64,000 nt of DNA from Felis catus (taxonomy: Eukaryota), in contig NC_058385.1 in the NCBI RefSeq assembly GCF_018350175.1, positions 11,470,001 through 11,534,000 of the forward strand. The letters run 5' to 3'. The position numbers were made by a program, and so were the translations under genes. The notes below the pieces were generated by a model that was given only the letters and a program-made list of their open reading frames with translations, searched no databases and was not told the DNA's origin. Of this stretch, positions 37,616 to 49,659 are shown in pieces; position 1 is the first letter of the stretch, and each line of letters starts with the position of its first letter.

Positions 37616-37849
37616 GGGGCGCCTGGGTGGTTCAGTCAGTAAAGCATCCAACTTCGGTTCAGGTCACGAGCTCCCCGTTTGTGGGTTTGAGCCCCACATG
37701 GGGCTCTGTGCTGACAGCTCGGAGCCTGCAGCCTGCTTCGGATTCTGTGTCTCCCCCTCTCTCTGCTCCTCCCCCACTCATGCTCTGTCTTTCTCTGCCT
37801 CTCAAAAGTAAATAAATGTTAAAAAATTTTTTTTTCATTAAAATTAAAA
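37616..37849 (+). mobile_element. CanSINE
   Basis: Perfect 19-bp TSD agaatttcactggacatga. Confidence 0.97.
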
Positions 37850-38619
37850 AGAATTTCACTGGACATGAGATAGTGATTTAAACCGCAAGATGTGTGAATC
37901 CCTTAGAATCTTGGGGCAGCTAAAGAAAATCAAGATGTCAGGAGCCATCGAAGAAGGCTTTGGACTTCCGTGGACAATGGGCAAGTATGTCAGGAGCCAA
38001 ATGCAAGCCAAAGTGAAAAATATATTCGGCTAAGACTTAACAAAGATATTGTAACACCGCACTTGGGTTTCACATTGAAAGGGACATTTTCTCTATTATC
38101 TCCTTTTATCTTACAAGTATGTAGTGCAGTACAAATCCGTCCCCTCTTGTCCTAACTCGCTGTCTTAAAAACAGTTATTTCCAAATCTCTGTACTATCAC
38201 CACTGAAATGGTTAGTCCGGAATTGATAGTAGCCACGGCTCAAGTATTAGCTTTGGTCCCAAAACAGAGTCAGCTCCCATGACCATGACTTGAGCCTAAT
38301 ATCAAGAGTGTTTACAGGTAGACAGGTGCTGAAAAAGAGGAGTCCCCCCACCACCGCCATCCCAAAGAGAAGCCATTCAATCACTTAGCTTTTCTAAACA
38401 CCTACTACCTGCTGCTCCTTCCCACTTGCTGGGTAATTAACATCTTAGATAACTCTCTCCCAGGAGATAATGACCCAAGAAGTAAAAGCCATGTCTCCGC
38501 TTCTAGGAGTCCCTCCTGCAGAACCAGTCAAAACAGGAATGTTCCAGGGCCCTTCACTCCCAGGGAGAGTTAGTGTCACTAAGGCTGAAGAGATCCCTCT
38601 TCGTTTTGAAAGCTGAGCT

Positions 38620-38664
38620 GCTTTTCTTTTCTTTTTAGACTTTTTAAAAATGTTTATTTATTTT

Positions 38665-38715
<51 letters not shown>

Positions 38716-38871
38716 GGAGGGGCAGAGAGAATGGTGGGGAGAGAGAACCCCAAGCAGACTCCTTGCCAACACAGAGCCTGACACGGGGCTCAGTCTCACA
38801 AATCATAAGATCATGACCTGAGCCAAAATCAGGAGTCAGATGCTTAACTGACTGAACCATGCAGGTGCCCT
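38620..38871 (-). mobile_element. Older CanSINE with a long (GA)n tract at 38670-38710
   Basis: Reverse body with the ccaaaatcaggagtcagatgc signature; TSD tgaaagctga / tgaaaactga. Confidence 0.92.
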
Positions 38872-39162
38872 GAAAACTGACACTTTTCACATCTACCTAA
38901 GCATTTCTTCTCATGGTCTCCACCACTCTTCACTCACACTGGGCCCTGTCCTCTGCTAAGATGTCCCAGATTATAGGTGGTGGGATATGGGAACCTGGAA
39001 AAAGATCCCAGCCACGAGGTCCTTTCTCACCTACCCCTTCGGGACCTCACCCTCCACCCCTGCACTCAGGGGTTGGTCCCATGAGCACCTTCTAGGTTTT
39101 TGTCTTTCTTGATCAAGAGGAAAGTTAAACCCTTAGTTGCTAAATTTCATTATTATAGACAT

Positions 39163-39167
39163 ATATA

Positions 39168-39204
<37 letters not shown>
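39163..39204. repeat. (TA)n/(TG)n microsatellite
   Basis: Read directly from the sequence. Confidence 0.95.
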
Positions 39205-39206
<2 letters not shown>

Positions 39207-39989
39207 TTATTAAATACAACAATATCACATGTAAGTTTTAGTATTATTCTCACTTTACAGAGGAAGAAAACAGGTCTATAAATTTTCACTACTGAATACA
39301 CAACTAGGAAGTTGTGGAAATCAAACCCAGGCCTTCTGGCCACAATCATGTGAGCAGTTCCCCTTCGTTTTCTCTACTTCTCAAGAAGAATCTCAGTATA
39401 GTGGGCTTTTCATCCCCATCACCAGGAGGTGTATTATAAGCTGAAGATCTCTCAAATACCACTTCTCCACAAAGCCTGTCTTAGTCCTCAAAACCAAGCA
39501 TGATCTCCCTCTCCTGAAAATCCCTATCACAGCCTGTGTTTTCCTGAGTCATGGCCCCCAGTTAGCCTGTGTCTATCTGTTTGACTTATTTGGCTGATCT
39601 TTGAATTTGTGTTTCCAGAGGACAGGTTGCACATCTTGCAAAGCTCTGGAACAAAAATGGTCACTGATGTGTATGAAATGGTTCCAATGTGATGGGCCTT
39701 CTGCTCAGTGGTTTTTTTGATGGTGTATCTTGCTTGATCTTCATCATAAATCCATGAAGTTACTTTCATCACTATCTCATTATCTAAATGGATAATTGAA
39801 GCTCAGAAGGGCTGAGAGTTTGGCCCAATGTCTTCTTGCCAATGGGAGCAGACTTTGAGCAGAGTTTTATCCTTCTTCCCATCGCACGATAGTACCTCTT
39901 TGTGGTGCCTGCTCTGTGCAGACCGGGCTGGGTTCATAGCATGGGTTCATAGTGGTGTTCAAGTTCCTTGAAGGCACTATCACTTAGCA

Positions 39990-40225
39990 GAGTGAATCTA
40001 AAGCAAACCCCTAGATCTGAATCAGTGTCTTCTCCACCTCTTACTATGTAACGCTAGATGGCCGACAAGCTCTTTATGCTGCAGAGGTTTCCTTATCTGT
40101 GAAATTAATATTATTATTATATATTAGTCTTAATATTATATAACAGCATCTATCTAACAGAGTTAATGTGAGGATTAGATGAGTTCGTGCATGCAAAGTC
40201 CTCAGAACATAGACTAATCTGACAT
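39990..40225 (+). mobile_element. MIR SINE
   Basis: gaggtttccttatctgtgaaatta...ttaatgtgaggattagatgagttcgtgcatgcaaagtcctcagaaca. Confidence 0.7.
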
Positions 40226-41099
40226 AATAAAGATTATCTCCAACTCTATTCCATTCCCAATTATTACTCAAATTGCCTACATTTTCATGCATCACATATG
40301 TATGTGTTTGTGTATGAAATTAGGTAATTAAAGTGTTTTTTGATGACAATGAAAGACACGCAAAATCATTCACCAACAGTTCAGTGAGGATTAATACACA
40401 AAACTATTGTACTTAATTTCATAGTTTCTAGATTAGATTCAACCTGAGATAATACATATCTTCAGAAGTCATGTTTGACTAAGCTACTGGCATTTCCTGA
40501 AGGGCAAGAACTCCCTCTTTAGCTTCTGTTTGGGTTATAGCTTCTGCATGGAAGCCTTCCATGGTTATATAGAAATGGGTCAACTGAAGAAAAAAATGGC
40601 AATATTTTTAGCCCCTTTCTTCACTCTTTTACTCATTGGTGATCCCCTCACCTGTGCCTCGCAAAGTCAAATTTTGCTGTCCAGTGTTTGTTCTCTTACT
40701 CACTGTCTAACCTCCTTGCTCCAAAAAAATGCCTCTCTCTCAATCAAATCAGAAAGTTTTGGATGACAGTTAATTATAAATCTCCATTGATTTAATAATC
40801 AGTTTCCAGTGTAAATTATTTTCAATAAATAAGCTCATCCAAACTTTCAATCTCAACTAATGAAATGAAATCTTCTTTTTCTTTTAAAAGAAATTCCAAA
40901 AAATGACACCAGCAGAGAGAAAACGTGATCGGAGAAAATTCTGGAAAAAATAAAGTGATCAAAGTACTCCCCTTGACGCCTACAAAAAGTGCCAGGCCAA
41001 GATGGTTGAATGAAATTCTACCAATCCTTCAAAGACCAGATGACCTCAATGTTTCTGAAATTGTTTGCGATACAGGAAATGAAGGAAATTTTCAGGGTT

Positions 41100-42062
41100 T
41101 GCTGTCTATGAAATAAGTATAATGTATATACCTAAAGATCCTGATAAATATCATATACACATATAAACCTACAGAAGAACAATCTCACAAATATCAGTGA
41201 AAAGTTACTAAATAAAATATTAGCAAACAGAACGAAAGAGCACATTTTGAAAATCATAATACATCATGACCAGGTAAAATTCAATCCAGGAATATAAGAA
41301 GTCACATTAATGTAATTCACCATATTATAAGTCTAAGTAAGAAAATCATATCATTATCTCCATACATGCTAAAATATCTTCTAAAACTTTCAATGCTCAT
41401 TTAAAAATACATTATATATAAAGAGAGAGAGAACAATTTATATAAAGAGAACAAACTAGACTCCTTTCACTAAGTCAGGACTAAGGCTAACATCCCCTCT
41501 ACAATAACTACTATTTTTTTAATGTTTATTTATTTTTGAGAGAGAGAGAGAGAGAGAGACAGAGCACAAGTGGGGGAGGGGTAGAGAGGGGGAGACAGAA
41601 TCTGAAGCAGGTTCCAGGCTCCGAGCTGTCAGCACAGAGCCATGTGCAGGGCTCAAACCCACAAACTGTGAGATCATGACCTGAGCCGAAGTCAGACGCT
41701 TAACTGACTGAGCCACCCAGGCCCCCCACTACTATTTTTAACTGCCCTGGACTCATGAGCCATGGCCATCTAAAAAAAGGAAAACAATTAAAAGCATAAG
41801 AATTGGGGGGAAAGGAAGTAAAATTATCTCTATTTTGTAGACAACATGATAGTGGACCTTTAAAACCTAGAGAACCAATGATAAAACTAACACAAACATC
41901 AAAGAAATTAAGTAATCTATTAAGATATAAAATTAGCACACAAAAGGTAAATAGCCTTGAAAAACACAAAATGATACCAGTTGGAAGATATACTGAAAGA
42001 GAAAAACCTACTTAAAGTAACAAAAATAAAATATACTTAGAAATAAACTTTAAAAAGAAAAC
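41100..42062 (+). mobile_element. Ancient L1M ORF2 (RT region) relic, interrupted by a SINE
   Basis: aatacatcatgaccaggtaaaattcaatccaggaat; ggaagtaaaattatctctattttgtagacaacatgat. Confidence 0.8.
41520..41727 (-). mobile_element. CanSINE
   Basis: TSD actactattttt on both sides. Confidence 0.96.
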
Positions 42063-42065
42063 TTT

Positions 42066-42500
42066 GGGGGTGCCTGGAGGCTCAGTCAGTTAAGCGTCTG
42101 ACTTCGGCTCAGGTCATGGTCTCACAGTTCGTGAGTTCAAGCCGCACATCAGGCTCCATGCCGACAGCTCAGAGCCTGGAGCCTGCTNNNNNNNNNNNNN
42201 NNNNNNNNNNNNNNNNNNNNNNNNNNNNNNNNNNNNNNNNNNNNNNNNNNNNNNNNNNNNNNNNNNNNNNNNNNNNNNNNNNNNNNNNNNNNNNNNNNNN
42301 NNNNNNNNNNNNNNNNNNNNNNNNNNNCCCAGTTCAAGAGCCCTGTGTCAGGCTCTGTGCTGACAGCTCAGAGCCTGGAGCCTACTTCGGAATCTGTGTC
42401 TCCCTCTCCCCCTGTTCACGCTCTGTCTCTCTCTCTTTCTGAAAAATAAATAAACATTAAAAAATTATTTTAATAAAAAAATTAATAAAATTTTTTTAAA
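42066..42500 (+). mobile_element. Two tandem CanSINEs (or one misjoined copy) spanning the N-gap 42188-42327
   Basis: The left part ends at gagcctgct; the right part restarts upstream of that point in the SINE (agttcaagagccc...), so ~60 nt of SINE core occurs twice. Confidence 0.8.
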
Positions 42501-42555
42501 AGGGCAAGTGGGAGGTTAAGCGAAGATCTTCTTTACATAAGAATGCCAACTAACA

Positions 42556-42771
42556 GGGCACCTGGGTGGTTCAGCCGGCTAAGCATCTGACTTCAGCTCA
42601 GGTCATGATCTCGAGGTTCTTGAGTCTGAGCCCTGTGTTGGGCTCTGTGCTGACAGCTCAGAGCCTGGAGGCTGCTTCAAATTCTGTGTCTCCCTCTCTC
42701 TGTCCTTCCCCCAATTGTGCTCTGTGTCTCTCTCTCAAAAATAAATAAACAATTTTTAAAAATGTTTAACA
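42556..42771 (+). mobile_element. CanSINE
   Basis: Perfect TSD aagaatgccaactaaca. Confidence 0.97.
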
Positions 42772-43149
42772 AAGAATGCCAACTAACAAGCTCAGAAGAA
42801 ATTATAGAATAAGGAATGTGCCATTTTCCAACTCAAATGTAATAATTTATTTAGGTAAGGCTCATTAAGGCTCATGGGTCCTAAAACCATTATGTAAAAT
42901 ATGATTGAGGAACATATTTACATGTTCTCAGTGTATTATCCCACATTTTAGTCATTACAAAGGAAAAAAAATAGACCTATTCCACTGATAGATGCCACTT
43001 TAACCAAGTGATCAAACTTAGTCTCCACCCCCGCTCTTCATTATAAAGTTTTAACTTTTTACTTTATTCATTATAAAGTTTTTACTTAACTTTTTATAAA
43101 GTATTCCCTTTATAGTTTTATCTAAGACCCCTATTTAATACCTTAAACA

Positions 43150-43560
43150 ACAGATAGTACCAAACTATATACACTCTGTGTTTTCCTATATATGTATACC
43201 TCTGATAAAGTTTAATTTATAAATTAGTTATAGTAAGAGATTAACAACAATAATAAAATAGAATATAGCAAAATACTATGATACAATTACCTGAATGTAC
43301 TCTCTCTCAAAGTATCATATTGTACTCACCCCTCTTTTTCTCGTGATAATGTGAGATGATAAGATGCTTGCATGAGATGAGATAAGTGACATAGGCAGTG
43401 TGACAAAGTGTTAGGCTACTATTGACCTTTTGATGATATGTCAGAGAGGATCATCTACTTCTGGACTACTGTTGACCATAGTCTTAACTAGGACCATGGT
43501 CATAGTTGACCATGCTGTTGTCCAAACTGGAAAGCAAAACTGCAAATTGGGGCGACTGCT
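43150..43560. mobile_element. Tigger2/MER28-like TcMar-Tigger fragment
   Basis: aaagtttaatttataaattag...gtaagagattaacaacaataataaaatag...gttaggctactattgaccttttgatgatatgtcagagaggatcatct matches the recalled Tigger2 sequence. Confidence 0.75.
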
Positions 43561-43748
43561 ATATCACCAATAATTAGGTGACCACTTCCCAGTTTACCTG
43601 GGACATGCCCAGTTTTCACCTTCTGTCTTAGAGCACTTGTTAACAATACCTCTTGTCTGTAAACTGTACTGTCACTCTTCTGATAATATGCCTGTTAATA
43701 TTATATAATAAAGATTACATAAAATCCCTTATGTAGTGTTCTTGGCAA

Positions 43749-43961
43749 TTTTTTTTTTCAACGTTTATTTATTTTTGGGACAGAGAGAGACAGAGCATGA
43801 ACGGGGGAGGGGCAGAGAGAGAGGGAGACACAGAATCGGAAACAGGCTCCAGGCTCTGAGCCATCAGCCCGGAGCCCGACGCGGGGCTCGAACTCACGGA
43901 CCGCGAGATCGTGACCTGGCTGAAGTCGGACGCTTAACCGACTGCGCCACCCAGGCGCCCC
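43749..43961 (-). mobile_element. Young feline CanSINE
   Basis: Near-consensus, CpG-rich reverse body. Confidence 0.97.
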
Positions 43962-44144
43962 AAATTTTTAAACCTTTATTTAATCAGGAGGAAACAATCA
44001 GACAAATGAAAAATATGGAACATTTTCCAAGATAAGTGCTTTGGATGCACAAAATGTCCGTGTTATCAAAGAAAAAAACTCTTTGTGTGTGCTAATTATA
44101 TCATGGGTGAGTAGGATATTCTTGTTTCTTAAGAGATAAGTGCT

Positions 44145-44340
44145 GGGGCACCTGGGTGGCTCAGTCAGTTAAGCGTCTGACTTAGGCTCAGGTCATCGTC
44201 TCATGATTCCTGAGTTGGAGCCCCACATCAGGCTCTGTGCTGACAGCTCAGAACCTGGAGCCTGCTTCAGATTCTGTGTCTCCATCTCTCTCTGGCTCTC
44301 CCCGCCTCTTTCAAAAATAAATAAACATTAAAAAAAAGAG
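44145..44340 (+). mobile_element. CanSINE
   Basis: Full body; degenerate TSD gataagtgct / aataaatgct. Confidence 0.94.
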
Positions 44341-44344
44341 AGAG

Positions 44345-45775
44345 AAATAAATGCTGACAAATTTAGACAGCGTATAATTGGGTCTTGCTTTTTTATCCAG
44401 TCAAAAAATCTCTATATTTAAATTGGACCATTATATTTGGACCATTTATGTTTAATATAATAATCAGTATACAGTAAAACCTTGGTTGGCAAGCATAATT
44501 TGTTCCAGAAACATGACTGTAATCCAAAGCACTCATATATCAAAGTGAGTTTCAAGAACCGCTGGCTCAGTTGTGATCATGTGACATTCAGTGTCATGTA
44601 CTAGTCGTATTGCAAGAACATCACTCATTTATCAAGTTAAACTTTATTAGAAATGTTTGCTCGTCTTGCAGAACAATCACAGAACAAGCTCCTCGCAATC
44701 CAAGGTTTTTCTGTATTTGGGTTTAAATCCATCATCTTGCTAGGTGTTTTCATTTGTCCCCTCTATTCTTTGTTATCTCATTCTGTTTTCCCTTCTATTT
44801 TTTTGATTGAGACTTTTTTTTCATGTTCCATTCTTTCCCCATCTTGATTTAATGACCATATGTCTTTGTTTATTTTAGTGGTTGTATTTTTTTTTTTGTA
44901 TCTGTAAGTTCTATGTGGTATTTTAATTTCTCGTATTTCTCATTTCTCTTCCCATTATGTGCATATTTTCTTTTAAATAGTTATATGTTGTTATCATATA
45001 TGTTTCACCATCATCCCCACTTCTGGATCTGTTGCTACTGATTGATTTTCTCCCAGTTTCAGGTCATGTTATCCTGCTTCTTGGCATATACAGCAATTTT
45101 ATTGAATCCTGGACATTGTGAATGCCAAGTGGTAGAGTCTCTGGATTTTGTGGTATCCCTTAAAGAATCTGGGGCTTTATTTTAGCAGACAGTGTTACAT
45201 ATACCTCAATTTTCTCCCTTCAAGACTTGTTTATAAACTTTTCTAGTTAGACTTCACTCAGGAATAGTTCAGCATCCCTAAGTCATTATCTGCCTGGGGT
45301 CTCTGTTGAACGTCCTAGTGGATCAACTCCACTCTGACTGATTGGAGCACGGGATTCCCCCACATTGTGTAAATATTGGTAATTGTTCAGCTTACAGTTA
45401 TCTGCTCACTTTTGCTCAGCCATGTGAAGCATATGCTCTGAAAAATGCTAAGAAAAATCATTATACCTTCTCCTGGAGCCTTTTTTCTGAGCAGCTCCTG
45501 CCTTTCTGCAACTTCTAACAAGGAAAGTCCCCCTAAACTCTAATCTCCATCTCTTCAACTCAGCAAGTTTGTATGGTTCTTTTTAAGTTCCCCTTCCTGT
45601 GTCTTCCGTCCAGGAGTTTGCTTGTGGGCAGAAACCTGGAGAGGTTGTAAGGTTTTTTTTTTGTTTGCTTTGGTTTGGTTCTTATCTCTGTAATCATAGT
45701 TATGTGTTATCTGCTGTTCAGTGTCCAAAAGCAGTTGTTTTGTATATTTGGCCCATTTTTAAAGTTTCTTTAAGA
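44345..45775 (-). mobile_element. Ancient L1M relic, interrupted by a Tigger MITE
   Basis: gacagcgtataattgggtcttgcttttttatccagtc...; ttcaggtcatgttatcctgcttcttggcatat. Confidence 0.7.
44472..44713. mobile_element. TcMar-Tigger-type MITE
   Basis: TIRs cagtaaaaccttgg / ccaaggtttttctg flanked by TA on both sides. Confidence 0.85.
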
Positions 45776-45786
45776 GGATAAGTCTA

Positions 45787-45957
45787 GGGCACGTGGGTGG
45801 CTCAGTTAGTTGAGCGTCTGACTTCAGCTCAGGTCATGCTCTTGCAGTTCACGAGTTCAAGCCCCACAATGGGCTCACTACTGTCAGTACAGAGCCCACT
45901 TCAGATCCCGTCCCTCTCCCCCCCCCCACTTTTGCTCTCTCTGAAATAAATAAAACA

Positions 45958-45985
<28 letters not shown>
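45787..45985 (+). mobile_element. CanSINE with a (GA)n tail
   Basis: TSD agaggataagtctag. Confidence 0.95.
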
Positions 45986-45993
<8 letters not shown>

Positions 45994-46530
45994 AAGTCTA
46001 GCCCTTGTTATCCATCGTGGCTGGAAGTGGAGATCTATGCTAAGATATTTAGGAATGATGTCTCATGATGCCTATAACTTAATGTCAAAAATTTAGCAGA
46101 CAGAGAGTAAAAGAGAGAGAAAGCAAATGTGGCAAAATGTTAACTAGTAAACCTAGGTTAAGGCTACACAAGTATTAGGTTTAATATTATGCAGTTCATT
46201 TTCTTGGCTTGAAAATTTTCAAAGTAAAAACTTGGGGAAAAATGACAAGGCTATGCTACTGTTTCTGGCAATAATCTGAAATTTTTCACAAAAATATTTT
46301 AGAATTTTTTTCTGATTATAATTTTATTAGCTCTGGTTAGAGAAAAACATATGGAGAGTTAAGTAGGTTTTTCCTCATGAAACAACACCACCTCACTTGC
46401 CATGAACAATACAGAAAAACATTTTGTATGTAGGTTATTGCCTGTCCCCTGATAGAGGTCCAGGTCTGTATCAACAAGAAAACCTTGAAGCCTTATCACC
46501 AGTAATACATGATGAAAAATATAATTTTTA

Positions 46531-46739
46531 ATGTTTTTTTAATTTATTTTTGAGAGAGACAGAGACAGAGCACGAGTGGAGGAGGGGCAGAGAGAGAGAG
46601 GGAGACACAGAATCCGAAACAGGCTCCAGGCTCTGAGCTGTCAGCACAAAGCCCGACACGGGGCTCGAACTCACGAACTGTGAGATCATGACCTGAGCTG
46701 AAGCTGGACACTCAACCGACTGAGCCACCCAGGCACCCC
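46531..46739 (-). mobile_element. CanSINE
   Basis: Perfect TSD aaaaatataattttta. Confidence 0.97.
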
Positions 46740-46749
46740 AAAAATATAA

Positions 46750-47650
46750 TTTTTAATGAACTTATTGCAATTGCAAGCCAGGGAACCCAGATATAAGGAG
46801 CAAATGCAGAGAGATTGTGGTGGTAGATAAATATCTCACCTTTGTACAATAAAGCTGATTCAAAGAAAACTGATACAACCTAATATCCTGGGATCGAGGC
46901 CTTTCAGCTTGCTGCCCACCTCCAAATCCCAAAAAGGAGTTCATCCCGCAGTCAAGAAGATGGATAAATTGGATAGTCAGTAAATTGGATAAATTACTTC
47001 CCATTTTTTGTTGATAAATATAGAAGAAATAAAGAAGACTTATGGAAAAATAAACCCTAACAAGGAAAAAGAAATATCATTATGAAGGTCCAGGAGAGAA
47101 AATGTCTTTTAAAAACTTTATCACAAGAGACAGAAGTAAATACTTTCCTTAACATACAACATCTTCAATAAAACATAAGGAAAAATCGCCACCATAAAGT
47201 GGTACAAAGAGCCATAGGGCACCAATAGGGTGATGTGATTGGAAGGCAGGATGAAATTAAAACATTAAGATCTAGCAAGGAAACAGAGTAGGATGAGACA
47301 AAGATGCATTTAGAGAGTATTAAATTATCGGGCTTTAACCCACACTGGAAGCTGTTTAAAAGAAAATAAAAGAAACACATTAATCCTATAGATGACAAAC
47401 CTTAGAAGTGTTTTCAAAATATAGAGAACAGAAAACCAAAAGAAGCATGATGAAATGAAAGAACAGACAATGGAGAAAATGACTAGGACAATTGAAAAAG
47501 AACAAATAGGGACAAGATGAAATAAGAGAGATCAAAAGTGCCCACTGTGTTCCAGAGAAAATAAATGGAATGAAACACATACTATGACATAACACAGGAA
47601 AAAACTGAATTTCAAGAATAAGAATAATGCTTACAAGCATTGTTTCAGGG
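46750..47650 (+). mobile_element. Ancient L1M 5'/ORF1 relic
   Basis: A-rich decayed ORF1-like text (agatcaaaagtgcccactgtgttccagagaaaataaatgg). Confidence 0.55.
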
Positions 47651-47749
47651 TAAAAAAAAAATTCCTAAAACCATAAGATAACTTTTTACATTTCAAGTTA
47701 GCAAAAATTTTATGATGCCCTCGTTAAGGGCACAAAATTTGGTGGGACG

Positions 47750-47905
47750 TAGGTATGAATTCAAGTACTGGCCCTCTCATTGTTAAGCTAGGTGACTTGG
47801 GCAAAATATTTGATGTATCCATGCCTTGGTTTCCTCATCTGAAAAATGGGGATAATAATAGAGCTGATTTCATAGGGTTGTTGGAAAGATTAGAAATACT
47901 TTCAT
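47750..47905 (+). mobile_element. MIR SINE
   Basis: ggtgacttgggcaaaatatttgatgtatccatgccttggtttcctcatctgaaaaatggggataataata. Confidence 0.8.
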
Positions 47906-47909
47906 CATC

Positions 47910-48130
47910 GGGGCGCCTGGGTGGCGCAGTCGGTTAAGCGTCCGACTTCAGCCAGGTCATGATCTCGCGGTCCGTGAGTTCGAGCCCCGCGTCGGGCTCT
48001 GGGCTGATGGCTCAGAGCCTGGAGCCTGTTTCCGATTCTGTGTCTCCCTCTCTCTCTGCCCCTCCCCCGTTCATGCTCTGTCTCTGTCCCAGAAATAAAT
48101 AAACGTTGAAAAAAAAATTTTTTTAAAAAA
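47910..48130 (+). mobile_element. Young feline CanSINE
   Basis: Perfect TSD agaaatactttcatca. Confidence 0.97.
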
Positions 48131-48248
48131 AGAAATACTTTCATCAAGTGATGGTGCCAATCTACAGGAAGTACACCATAAAAGGTTAATGAGTATGAAC
48201 ATTCTACTTATTCTTGGTGAGACTGTGGTAAAACAGGCCTAACCATTC

Positions 48249-49050
48249 TGTCACCCGATTCTGATGTGTGGGTTTGAGGAGTGTGCAATTCTCAGACACC
48301 AGTTGGGTATCCCACCACTCAACTCAATTCTGACACTGTCGACCGCGAGATAACATCTGATCCTGGGAGTTAAAGGCTCAGTCACACAAAACTACCTCCC
48401 TTTCAGATGCCAATCAAAAATTCAAATTGTCACCTGTGATTCTGACTGAATGGCTATAAATCAGAGCTTCCCACCATCCCCTCCTTGGGTTCCATTAATT
48501 TGCTAGAGTGGCTCACAAAACTCGGAGAAACATTTCACTTACTAGATTACTGGTTTAAAGGGACATAACTCAGGAACAGCCAGAGGTAGGAGATGCATAG
48601 GGCAAAATATGTAGGAATGAACACGTGCTCCCATGCCCTCTCCAGACTTGCCCCTCTCCCCACACCTCCATGCATTCACCAACCTAGAATCCTCCAAAAC
48701 TATTCTCTTTGGGATTTTATGGAGACTTCATTACATAGGCACGACTGATCGCATCATTGGCCATTGGTGATCCATCATTCAACACCCCCTCCACCGCTGC
48801 CCCTCTGTTCTCACAGGAGGTCTCAGGGTGGGACTGAATATTCCAATCCTTTAATCACAAATTGGCTCTCCTGGCAACCAGACCAGATCCTGAGACTACC
48901 TAATGGGTTTTCCAAAACTACCTCATTAACACAAAAAAAGACAAATTTATTGTTCTCATGGCTTAGGAAATCGAAGGCTTTTGGGAACTCTGTGCCAGAA
49001 ACAGGACAAAGACCAAATATCAACTTCTCATCATAAATCACAGTATCACA
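48249..49050 (-). mobile_element. MER21-family solo LTR
   Basis: TG...CA termini; recalled MER21 motifs (ctcaactcaattctgacact; ttaatttgctagagtggctcacaaaactcggag; ataaatcacagtatcaca). Confidence 0.8.
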
Positions 49051-49157
49051 GGGCCCTTACACACTATTGGTCAATGACAAACTATCAGTAAATATCGTGA
49101 ACCTCAAAGTCTTTGAATTCTTAAAATTTGCAGTTCCTTTAAAAAAAATCTAACCCA

Positions 49158-49353
49158 GGGGCACCTGGATGGCTCAGTTGGTTAAGTGCCTGACTTGGGC
49201 TCAAGTCACGATCCCAGGGTTCATGGGTTCAAACCCCGTAGTGGGCTCTGTGCTGACAGCTTGGAGCCTGTTTAGGATTCTCTCTCTCCCTCTCCCTCTA
49301 CCCCTACCCCTCTCATGCACTCTCTCAAAAATAAATTAAAAAAAATTTTTTTT
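49158..49353 (+). mobile_element. CanSINE
   Basis: Body with an internal deletion; TSD aatctaaccca / aatctaatcca. Confidence 0.93.
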
Positions 49354-49659
49354 AATCTAATCCAAAGAAATAATGGAAAATGAAAGATCTATATACAAAC
49401 ATATTCATCACAATCTCTCTCCTTTTAATTTTAAAGTGTGTTTAAAAATGCATAAAAGAAGTAAAATACCTTTTTAACAGGTATTAAATTTTGTTACATT
49501 ATCTGATGACCTTTATTTTATTTTTGATTTTTTATTTCAACAAATAAAATATTAGCTCTCCATATTTTCCTTTTCCTACCTCCCCAAAGGTACCACTATT
49601 CTAAGGTTGCTGACCATCATGCTTCTAGGTATATTCACTTTCTTAATACATAATGTATT